64,000 nucleotides of DNA from the human T2T-CHM13v2.0 reference genome, Homo sapiens, in the NCBI RefSeq assembly GCF_009914755.1, contig NC_060933.1. One strand, 5' to 3'. Below the pieces are notes generated by a model that had not been told where the DNA came from, did no database searches, and saw only the letters and a list, made by a program, of their open reading frames with translations. Every line of letters starts with the position of its first letter. Position 1 is the first letter of the stretch. Shown here in pieces: positions 28,901 through 41,800 of the stretch. Both the position numbers and the translations under genes were made by a program.

Positions 28901-30760
28901 CGAATGGAATGGAATGTAATGGAGAGTAGGGGAGTTGAATAGAGTCAATCCGAATGTAATGGAATGGAATGGAACGGAATGGAATTGAATGGAATGGAAT
29001 GGAATGGATTCAACTTGAATGGAATGGAAAGAATGGAATCAACACGAGTGGAATGGCAGGAATTGGAATGGAATGGAATGGAATTAACCCGAGTACAGGG
29101 GAATGGAATGGAATGGAATGGAATGGAATGGAATGGAATCAACTCCATTGCAATGGAATGGAATGGAATGGAATTAACCCGAATAGAATGGAATGGAATG
29201 GAATGGAACGGAACAGAACGGAACGGAATGGAATGGAATAGAATGGAATGGAATGGAACGGAAAGGAATGGAATGGAATGGAATGGAATGGAATGGAACG
29301 GAAAGGAATGGAATGGAATGGAATGGAATGGAATAGAATGGAATGGAATCAACTCGATTGCAGTCGAATGGAATGGAATGGAATTAACCCGAATAGAATG
29401 GAATGGAATGGGATGGAACGGAACGGAACGGAACGGAATGGAATGGAATGGAATGGAATGGAATGGAACGGAAAGGAATGGAATGGAATGGAATGGAATG
29501 GAATGGAATGGAATGGAATGGAATGGAATCAACGCGAGTGCAGGGAAATGGAATGGAATGGAATGCAATGGAATGGAATCTTCCGGAATGGAATGGAATG
29601 GAATGGAATGGAATGAAAGGCAATGGATTCAACTCGATTGCAATGGAATGGAATAGAATGGAACGGAATGGAATGGAATGGAATGGAATGGAATGGAACG
29701 GAACGGAATGGAATGGAATGGAATGGAATGGAATCAACGCGAGTGCAGGGGAATGGAATGGAATGGAATGCAATGGAATGGAATCTTCCGGAATGGAATG
29801 GAATGGAATGGAATGAAAGGCAATGGATTCAACTCGATTGCAATGGAGTGGAATAGAATGGAATGGAATGGAATGGAATGGAATGGAATTGAATGGAATG
29901 GAATGCCTTCAAACCGAATGGAATGGAAAGGAATGGAATCAACACGAGTGGAAAGGAATGGAATGGAAAGGAATGGAATGGAATGGAATGGTACGGAATA
30001 GAATGGAATGGAACGAACTGGAATGGAATGGAATGGAATGGAATGGAATGGAATGGAATGGAATCGTTCCGAGTGGAATAGGAGGGAATGTATTCGAGTG
30101 GAATGGAAAGGAATGGAATCAACCAGAGTGGAATGGAAGGGAATGGAATGGAATGGAAACTAATAGAATGGAATCAACCCGAGTGGAATGGAATGGAAAG
30201 GACTGGAATGGAATGGAATGGAATGGAATGGAATGGAATGGAATGGAATGGAATCAACTCGATTGGAATGGAATGGAATGGAATGGAATGGAATGGAATG
30301 GAATGGAATAGAATTAACCCGAATACAATGGAATGGAATGGAATGGAACGGAATGGAGTGGAATGGAATAGAATCAACCCTAGTGCAGGGGAATGGAATG
30401 GAATGGAATGCAATGGAATGGAATCATCCGGAATGGAATGGAATGGAATGGAATGCAAAGCAATGGAATCAACTCGATTGCAATGGAATGGAATGGAATG
30501 GAAAGGAATAGAATGGAATCAACCCGAGTGTAATGGAATGGAAAGGACTGGAATGGAGTGGAATGGAATGGAATGGAATGGAATGGAATGGAATCAACTC
30601 GATTGGAATTTAATGGAATGGAATGGAATGGAATGGAATGGAATTAACCCGAATAGAATGGAATGGAATGGAATTGAACGGAATGGAATGGAATGGAATG
30701 GAATGGAATGGAATGGAATGGAATGGAATCAACCCGACTGCAGAGGAATGGAATGGAATG
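25930..30760 (+). repeat. Recent tandem duplication, unit ~2.43 kb (two copies)
   Basis: Private variants recur at an offset of about 2,427-2,447: GAGAGTAGGGGAG..AGAGTCAATCC (26495/28922), GGCAGGAATTGG (~26628/~29055), GGATCGGAAC (~26250/~28677), CAACCCTAGTGCAGG (~27938/~30375) and CCCGACTGCAGAGG (~28288/~30730). Confidence 0.88.
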
Positions 30761-32800
30761 GAATGGAATGGAATGGAATGGAATGGAATCATCCGGAACG
30801 GAATGGAATGGAATGGAATGGAAGCAACTCGATTGCAATGGAATGGAATGGAATGGAATGGAATCGAATGGAATGGAATGGAATTAACTGGAATAGAATG
30901 GAATGGAATGGAATGGAACGGAATGGAATGGAATGGAATGGAATGCAATGGAATCAACCCGAGTGCAGGGGAATGGAATGGAATGGAATGCAATGGAATG
31001 GAATCATCTGGAATGGAATGGAATGGAATGGAATGCAATCAACCTGATGCAGTGGAATGGAGTGGAATGGAATGGAATGGAATGGAATGGAATGGAATGG
31101 AGTGTAAGGGAATTGAATAGATTCAATCCGAATGTAATGGAATGGAATGGAATGAAATGGAATGGAATGGAATGGAATGGAATCAACCCGAGTGCAATGG
31201 AATGGATTCGAATGGAATAGAATGGAATGGAATGGATTCAACAAGAATGGAATGGAAAGGAATGGAATCAACCCGAGTGTAATGGCATGGAATGGAATGG
31301 AATGGAATGGGAATGAATGGAATGGTACGGAATAGAATGGAATGGAATGAAATGGAATGGAATGGAATGGAATGGAATGGAATGGAATGGAATGGAATGA
31401 ACCCGTGTGCAATGGAATGGAATGGAATGGATTCAACTCGAATGGAATCAACTCGATTGCAATGGAATGGAATGGAATTGAAAGGAATAGAATGGAATCA
31501 ACCCGAGTGGAATGGAATGGAAAGGACTGGAATGGAGTGGAATGGAATGCAATGGAATAGAATTAACCCGAATACAATGGAATGGAATGGAATGGAACGG
31601 AATGGAGTGGAATGGAATAGAATCAACCCTAGTGCAGGGGAATGGAATGGAAGGGAATGCAATGGAATGGAATCATCCGGAATGGAATGGAATGGAATGG
31701 AATGCAAAGCAATGGAATCAACTCGATTGCAATGGAATGGAATGGAATGGAAAGGAATAGAATGGAATCAACCCGAGTGTAATGGAATGGAAAGGACTGG
31801 AATGGAGTGGAATGGAATGGAATGGAATGGAATGGAATCAACTCGATTGGAATGGAATGGAATGGAATGGAATGGAATGGAATGGAATTAACCCGAATAG
31901 AATGGAATGGAATGGAATTGAACGGAATGGAATGCAATGGAATGGAATGGAATGGAATGGAATGGAATGGAATCAACCCGACTGCAGAGGAATGGAATGG
32001 AATGGAATGGAATGGAATGGAATCATCCGGAACGGAATGGAATGGAATGGAATGGAATCAACTCGATTGCAATGGAATGGAATGGAATGGAATGGAATCG
32101 AATGGAATGGAATGGAATTAACCGGAATAGAATGGAATGGAATGGAATGGAACGGAATGGAATGGAATGGAATGGAATGGAATGGAATCAACCCGAGTGC
32201 AGGGGAATGGAATGGAATGGAATGCAATGGAATGGAATCATCCGGAATGGAATGGAATGGAATGGAATGCAATCAACCTGATGCAGCGGAATGGAGTGGA
32301 ATGGAATGGAATGGAATGGAATGGAATGTAATGGAGTGTAAGGGAATTGAATAGATTCAATCCGAATGTAATGGAATGGAATGGAATGAAATGGAATGGA
32401 ATGGAATGGAATGGAATCAACCCGAGTGCAATGGAATGGATTCGAATGGAATAGAATGGAATGGAATGGATTCAACAAGAATGGAATGGAAAGGAATGGA
32501 ATCAACCCGAGTGTAATGGCATGGAATGGAATGGAATGGAATGGGAATGAATGGAATGGTACGGAATAGAATGGAATGGAATGAAATGGAATGGAATGGA
32601 ATGGAATGGAATGGAATGGAATGAACCCGTGTGCAATGGAATGGAATGGAATGGAATGGAATGGATTCAACTCGAATGGAATCAACTCGATTGCAATGGA
32701 ATGGAATGGAATTGAAAGGAATAGAATGGAATCAACCCGAGTGGAATGGAATGGAAAGGACTGGAATGGAGTGGAATGGAATGGAATGGAATTAACCCGA
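30305..32800 (+). repeat. Recent tandem duplication, unit ~1.24 kb (two copies)
   Basis: Shared variants: CAACCCTAGTGC (~30375/~31624), CAACCTGATGCAG (~31040/~32274), AGATTCAATCC (~31119/~32353), TTCAACAAGA (~31238/~32471), GGGAATGAATGG (~31309/~32543) and TGAACCCGTGTGC (~31398/~32622). Confidence 0.88.
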
Positions 32801-35800
32801 ATAGAATGAAATGGAACGGAATGGAATGTAAAGTAATGGAATGGAATGGAATGGAATCAACCCGAGTGCAGGGGAATGGAATGGAATGGAATGCAATGGA
32901 ATGGAATCATCCGGAATGGAATGGAATGGAATGGAATGGAATGGAATCAACTCGATTTCAATGGAATGGAATGGAATATAATGGAATGGAATTAACAAGA
33001 ATAGAATGGAATGGAATGGAATTGAATGGAACAGAAAGGAATAGAATGGAATGGAATGGAATCAACCCAAGTGCAGGGGAATGGAATGGAATGGAATTCA
33101 ATGGAATGGAATCATCCGGAATGGAATGGAATGGAATGGAATCAACCCGAGTGCAATGGAATGGAGAGGAATGGAATGGAATGGAATGGAAACTACACGA
33201 ATCGAATGGAATGTAATGGAGTGTAAGGGAATTGAATAGAATGAATCCCAATGGAATGGAATGGAAAGGAATGGAATGGAATGGAATGGAATGGAATGCA
33301 AGGCCATGGAATCAACCAGAGTGCAATCGAATGGAATCGAATGGAATGGAATGCAATGGAATGGATTCAACTTGAATGGAATGGAAAGAATGGAATCAAC
33401 ACGAGTGGAATGGCATGGATTGGAATGGAATGGAATGGAATCAACCCGAGTACAGGGGAATGGAATGGAATGGAATGCAATGGAATGGAATCATCCGTAA
33501 TGGAATGGAAAGGAATGGAAAGGAAAGGAATGGAATGGAATGGAATGGAATGGAATGGAATCAACTCGATTGCAATCGAATGGAATGGAATGGAATTAAC
33601 CCGAATAGAATGGAATGGAATGGAATGGAATGGAATGGAATGGAACGGAACGGAACGGAACGGAATGGAATGGAATGGAATGGAATGGAATGGAATGGAA
33701 CGGATCGGAATGGAATGGAATGGAATGGAATGGAAGCAACGCGAGTGCAGGGGAATGGAATGGAATGGAATGCAATGGAATGGAATCTTCCGGAATGGAA
33801 TGGAATGGAATGGAATAGAATGGAATGGAATGGAATGGAATGGAATCAACCCGAGTACAGGGGAATGGAATGGAATGTAATGCAATGGAATGGAATCATC
33901 CGTAATGGAATGGAAAGGAATGGAATGGACTGGAATGGAATGGAATAAACTCGATTGCAATCGAATGGAATGGAATGGAATTAACCCGAATAGAATGGAA
34001 TGGAATCGAATGGAACGGAAAGGAATGCAATGGAATGGAATGGAATGGAACGGAAAGGAATGGAAAGGAATGGAATGAGATGGAATGGAATGGAATGCAA
34101 TGGAATCAACACGAGTGCAGGGGAATGTAATGGAACGGAATGCAATGGAATGGAATCATCCGGAATGGAATGGAATGGAATGGAATGGAATCAACACGAG
34201 TGCAATGGAATGGAGTGGAATGGAATGGAATGGAATGGAACAACCCGAATGGAATGGAATGTAATGGAGAGTAAGGGAGTTGAAAAGAATCAATCCGAGT
34301 GTAATGGAAAGGAAAGGAAAAGAATGGAATGGAATGGAATGGAATGGAATGGAATGGAATGGAATGGAATGGAATGCAATGGAATGGAATCAACCCGAGT
34401 GCAATCGAATGGAATCGAATGGAATGGAATGCAATGGAAAGGATTCAACTTGAATGGAATGGAAAGAATGGAATCAACACGAGTGGAATGGCATGGATTG
34501 GAATGGCATGGAATGGAATCAACCCGAGTACAGAGGAATGGAATGGAATGTAATGCAATGGAATGGAATCATCCGTAATGGAATGGAAAGGAATGGAATG
34601 GAATGGAATGGAATGGAATGGAATGGAATGGAATCAACTCGATTGCAATCGAATGGAATGGAATGGAATTAACCCGAATAGAATGGAATGGAATGGAACG
34701 GAACGGAACGGAACGGAATGGAATGGAATGGAATGGAATGGAACGGAACGGAATGGAATGGAATGGAATGGAATGGAATCAACGCGAGTGCAGGGGAATG
34801 GAATGGAATGGAATGCAATGGAATGGAATCTTCCGGAATGGAATTGAATGGAATGCAATGGATTCAACTCGATTGCAATGGAATGGAATAGAATGGAATG
34901 GAATGTGATGGAATGGAATTAACCCGAATAAAATAGAATGGAATGGAATGGAACGAACGGAACGGAACGGAATGGAATGGAACGGAATGGAATGGAATGG
35001 AATGGTATGGAATGGAATGGAATGGTACGGAATAGAATGGAATGGAAAGAATTGGAATGGAATGGAATCGAATGGAATGGAATGGAATGGAATGGAATCA
35101 ACCCGAGTGCAGGGGAATGTAATGGAACGGAATGTAATGGAATGGAATCATCCGGAATGGAATGGAATGGAACGGAATGGAATGGAATGGAATGGAATGG
35201 AACCAACTCGATTGTGATGGAATGGAATGGAATGGAATGGAATGGAATGGAATGGAATGGAATTAACCCGAATACAATGGAATGGAATGGAATGGAACGG
35301 AATGGAGTGGAATGGAATGGAATCAACCAGAGTGCAGTGGAATGCAATGGAATGGAATGCAATGGAATGGAATCATCCGGAATGGAATGGAATGGAATGG
35401 AATGCAAAGCATTGGAATCAACTCGATTGCAATGGAATGGAATGGAATGGAAACGAATACATTGGAATCAACCCGAGTGGAATGGAATGGAAAGGACTGG
35501 AATGGAGTGGAATGGAATGGAATGGAATGGAATGGAATCAACTCGATTGGAATGGAATGGAATGGAATGGAATGGAATGGAATTAACGCGAATAGAATGG
35601 AATCGAATGGAATGGAATGGAACGGAACGGAACAGAACGGAATGGAATGGAATGGAATGGAATGGAATGGAATGGAATCAACCCGACTGCAGGGGAATGG
35701 AATTGAATGGAATGCAATGGAATGGATTCAACTTGAATGGAATATAAAGAATGGAATCAACATGAGCGGAATGGCATGGATTGGAATGGAATGGAATGGA

Positions 35801-38800
35801 ATCAACCCGAGTACAGGGGAATGGAATGGAATGGAATGCAATGGAACGGAATCATCCGTAATGGAATGGAAAGGAATGGAATGGAATGGAATGGAATGGA
35901 ATGGAATGGAATGGAATGGAATCAACTCGATTGCAGTCGAATGGAATGGAATGGAATTAACCCGAATAGAATGAAATGGAATGCAATGGAACGGAACGGA
36001 ACGGAACGGAATGGAATGGAATGGAATGGAATGGAATGGAACAGAAAGGAATGGAATGGAATGGAATGGAATGGAATGGAATGGAATGGAATCAACGCGA
36101 GTGCAGGGGAATGGAATGGAATGGAATGCAATGGAATGGAATCTTCCGGAATGGAATGGAATGGAATGGAATGGAATGGAATGGAATGGAATGGAATAAA
36201 CCCGAGTGCAATTGAATGGAGTGGAATGGAATGGAATAGAATGGAACAACCCGAATGGAATGGAATGTAATGGAGAGTAAGGGAGTTGAATAGAATCAAT
36301 CCGAATGTAATGGAATGGAATGGAACGGAATGGAATTGAATGGAATGGAATGGAATGCAATGGAATGGAATCAACCCGAGTGCAATGGAATGGAGAGGAA
36401 TGGAATGGAATGGAACGGAAACTACCCGAATGGAATGGAATGTAATGGAGTGTAAGGGAATTGAATAGAATCAATCCGAATGTAATGTAATGGAATGGAG
36501 CGGAATGGAATGGAATAGAATGGAATTGAATGGAATGGAATGCAATGGAATGGAATCAACCCGAGTGCAATCGAATGGAATCGAATGGAATGGAATGCAA
36601 TGGAATGGATTCAACTTGAATGGAATGGAAAGAATGGAATCAACACGAGTAGAAGGGCATGGATTGGAATGCAATGGAATGGAATCAACCCGAGTACAGG
36701 GGAATGGAATGGAATGGAATGCAATGGAATGGAATCATCCGTAATGCAATGGAAAGGAATGGAATGGAATGGAATGGAATGGAATGGAATGGAATCAACA
36801 CGATTACAATAGAATGGAATGGAATGGAATTAACCCGAATAGAATGGAATGGAATGGAATGGAACGGAACGGAATGGAATGGAATGGAATGGAATGGAAT
36901 GGAATGGAACGGAACGGAATGGAATGGAATGGAATGGAATGGAAAGGAATGGAATGGAATCAACGCGAGTGCAGGGGAATGGAATGTAATGGAATGAAAT
37001 GGAATGGAATCTTCCGGAATGGAATGGAATGGAATGGAATGGAATCAACCCGAGTGCAATGGAATGGAGTGGAATGGAATGGAATGGAATGGAGCAACCC
37101 GAATGCAATCGAATGTAATGGAGAGTAAGGGAGTTGAATAGAATCAATCCGAATGTAACGGAATGGAATGGAACGGAATGGAATTGAATGGAATGGAATG
37201 GAATGGAATGGAATGCAATGGAATGGAATCAACCCGAGTGCAATGGAATGGAGAGGAATGCAATGGAATGGAATGGAAACTACCCGAATGGAATGGAATG
37301 TAATGGAGTGTAAGGGAATTGAATAGAATCAATCCGAATGTAATGGAATGGAATGGAACGGAATGGAATGGAATGGAATGGAATGGAATGGAATGGAATG
37401 CAATGGAATGGAATCAACCCAAGTGCAATCGAGTGGAATCGAATGGAATGGAATGCAATGGAATGGATTCAACTTGAATGGAATGGAAAGAATGGAATCA
37501 ACACGAGGGGAATGGCATGGATTGGAATGGAATGGAATGGAATCAACCCGAGTACAGGGGAATGGAATGGAATGGAATGCAATGGAATGGAATCATCCGT
37601 AATGGAATGGAAAGGAATGGAATGGAATGGAATAGAATGGAATGGAATCAACTCGATTGCAATCGAATGGAATGGAATGGAATTAACCGGAATAGAATGG
37701 AATGGAATGGAATGGAATGGAACGGAACGGAACGGAATGGAATGGATTGGAATGGAATGGAATGGAATGGAATGGAACGGAAAGGAATGGAATGGAATGG
37801 AATGGAATGGAATGGAATGGAATCAACGCGAGTGCAGGGGAATGGAATGGAATGGAATGGAATGCAATGGAATGGAATCTTACGGAATGGAATGGAATGG
37901 AATGGAATGGAATGAAATGCAATGGATTCAACTCGATTGCAATGGAATGGAATAGAATGGAATGGAATGGAATGGAATGGAATTAATCCGAATAGAATGG
38001 AATGGAATGGAATGGAACGGAATGGAACGGAATGGAATTTAATGGAATGGAATGGAATGGTATGGAATGGAATGGAATGGTACGGAATAGAAGGGAATGG
38101 AACGAATTGTAATGGAATGGAATTGAATGGAATGGAATGGAATGGAATGGAATCAACGCGAGTGCAGGGGAATGGAATGGAACGGAATCAACGCGAGTGC
38201 AGGGGAATGTAATGGAACGGAATGCAATGGAATGGAATCATCCGGAATGGAATGGAATGGAATCACCCCGAGTGCAATGGAATGGAGTGGAATGGAATGG
38301 AATGGAATGGAACAACCCGAATGGAGTGGAATGTAATGGAGAGTAAGGGAGTTGAATAGAATCAATCCGAATGTACTGGAATGGAATGCAACGGAATGGA
38401 ATGGAATGGAATGGAATGGAATGCAATGGAATTGAATCAACCCGAGTACAATGGAATGGAATGGAATGGAATGGAATGATACGGAATAGAATGGAATGGA
38501 ACGAAATGGAATGGAATGGAATGGAATGGATTGGAATGGAATGGAATGGAATGGAATGGAATGGAATCATTCCGAGTGGAATAGGAGGGAATGTATTCGA
38601 GTGGAATGGAAAGCAATGGTATCAACCAGAGTGGAATGGAAGGGAATGGAATGGAATGGAAACTAATAGAATGGAATCAACCCGAGTGGAATGGAATGGA
38701 AAGGACTGGAATGGAATGGAATGGAATGGAATGATCTCGATTGTAATGGAATGGAATGGAATGGAATGGAAAAGAATGGAATTCACCCGAATACAATGGA

Positions 38801-41800
38801 ATGGAATGGAATGCAACGGAATGGAGTGGAATGGAATGGAATCAACCCGAGTGTAGGGTAATGGAATGGAATGGAATGCAATGGAATGGAATCATCCGGA
38901 ATGGAATGGAATGGAATGGAATGCAAAGCAATGGAATCAACTCGATTGCAATGGAATGGAATGGAATGGAAAGGAATACATTGGAATCAACCCGAGTGGA
39001 ATGGAATGGAAAGGACTGGAATGGAGTGGAATGGAATGGAATGGAATGGAATGGAATCAACTCGATTGGAATGGAATGGAATGGAATGGAATGGAATTAA
39101 CCCGAATAGAATGGAATGGAATGGAATGGAATGGAACGGAACGGAATGGAATGGAATGGAATGGAATGGAATGGAACGGAACGGAACGGATTGGATGGAA
39201 TGGAATGGAATGGAATGGAATGGAAACAACGCGAGTGCAGGGGAATGGAATGGAATGGAATGCAATGGAATGGAATTTTTCGGAATGGAATGGAATGGAA
39301 TGGAATGGAATGAAATGCAATTGATTCAACTCGATTGCAACGGAATGGAAAAGAATGGAATGGAATGGAATGGAATTAACCCGAATAGAATGGAATGGAA
39401 TGGAATGGAACGGAATGGAACGGAATGGAATGGAATGGAATGGAATGGAATGGAATGGAATGGTATGGAATGGAATGCAATGGTACGGAATAGAATGGAA
39501 TGGAACGAATTGTAATGGAATGGAATTGAATGGAATTGAATGGAATGGAATGGAATCAACGCGAGTGCAGGGGAATGTAATGGAACGGAATGCAATGGAA
39601 TGGAATCATCCGGAATGGAATGGAATGGAATGGAATGGAATGGAATGGAATCAACCCGAGTGCAATGGAATGGAGTGGAATGGAATAGAATGGAATGGAA
39701 CAACCCGAATGGAGTGGAATGTAATGGAGAGTAAGGGAGTTGAGTAGAATCAATCCGAATGTAATGGAATGGAATGCAACGGAATGGAATGGAATGGAAT
39801 GGAAAGGAATGGAATGGAATGCAATGGAATTGAATCAACCCGAGTACAATGGAATGGAATGGAATGGAATGGAATGGAATGGAATGGAATGGAATGGAAT
39901 CATTCCGAGTGGAATAGGAGGGAATGTATTCGAGTGGAATGGAAAGGAATGGTATAAACCAGAGTGGAAAGGATGGGAATGGAATGGAATGGAAACTAAT
40001 AGAATGGAATCAACCAGAGTGGAATGGAATGGAAAGGACTGGAATCGAATGGAATGGAATGGAATCAACTCGATTGTAATGGAATGGAATGGAATGGAAT
40101 GGAATGGAATGGAATTAACCCGAATACAATGGAATGGAATGGAATGGAACGGAATGGAGTGGAATGGAATGGAATCAACCCGAGTGCAGAGGAATGGAAT
40201 GGAATGGAATGCAATGGAATGGAATCATCCGGAATGGAATGGAATGGAATGGAATGCAAAGCAATGGAATCAACTCGATTGCAATGGAATGGAATGGAAT
40301 GGAAAGGAATACATTGGAATCAACCCGAGTGGAATGCAATGGAAAGGACTGGAATGGAGTGGAATGGAATGGAATGGAATGGAATGGAATCAACTCGATT
40401 GGAATGGAATGGAATGGAATGGAATGGAATTAACCAGAATAGAATGGAAAGAAATGGAATGGAACGGAACGGAATGGAATGGAATGGAATGGAATGGAAT
40501 GGAATGGAATGGAATGGAATCAACCCGACTGCAGGGGAATGGAATGGAATGGAATGCAATGGAATGGATTCAACTTGAATGGAATGGAAAGAATGGAATC
40601 AACACGAGTGGAATGGCATGGATTGGAATGGAATGGAATGGAATCAACCCGAGTACAGGGGAATGGAATGGAATGGAATGCAATGGAATGGAATCATCCG
40701 TAATGGAATGGAAAGGAATGTAATGCAATGGAATAGAATGGAATGGAATCAACTCGATTGCAATCGAATGGAATGGAATGGAATTAACCCGAATAGAATG
40801 GAATGGAATGGAATGGAACGGAACCGAACGGAATGGAATGGATTGGAATGGAATGGAATGGAATGGAATGGAATGGAACGGAAAGGAATGGAATGGAATG
40901 GAATGGAATGGAATCAACGCGAGTGCAGGGGAATGGAATGGAATGGAATGCAATGGAATGGAATCTTACGGAATGGAATGGAATGGAATGGAATGGAATG
41001 GAATAAACCCGAGTGCAATGGAATGGAGTGGAATGGAATAGAATGGAATGGAACAACCCGAATGGAATGGAATGTAATTGAGAGTAAGGGAGTTGAATAG
41101 AATCAATCCGAATGTAATGGAATGGAAAGGAACGGAATAGAATGGAATGGAATGGAATGGAATGCAATGGAATGGAATCAACCCGAGTGCAATGGAATGG
41201 AGAGGAATGCAATGGAATGGAATGGAAACTACCCGAATGGAATGGAATGTAATGGAGTGTAAGGGAATTGAATAGAATCAATCCGAATGTAATGGAATGG
41301 AATGGAACGGAATGGAATGGAATGGAATGGAATGGAATGGAATGGAATGGAATGCAATGGAATGGAATCAACCCAAGTGCAATCGAGTGGAATCGAATGG
41401 AATGGAATGCAATGGAATGGATTCAACTTGAATGGCATGGAAAGAATGGAATCAACACGAGTGGAATGGCATGGATTGGAATGGAATGGAGTGGAATCAA
41501 CCCGAGTACAGGGGAATGGAATGGAATGGAATGCAATGGAATGGAATCATCCGTAATGGAATGGAAAGGAATGGAATGGAATGGAATGGAATGGAATGGA
41601 ATGGAATGGAATGGAATCAACTCGATTGCAATCGAATGGAATGGAATGGAATTAACCCGAATAGAAAGGAATGGAATGGAATGGAACGGAACGGAATGGA
41701 ATGGAATGGAATGGAACGGAACGGAATGGAATGGAATGAAATGGAATGGAATGGAATCAACGCGAGTGCAGGGGAATGGAATGGAATGGAATGCAATGGA

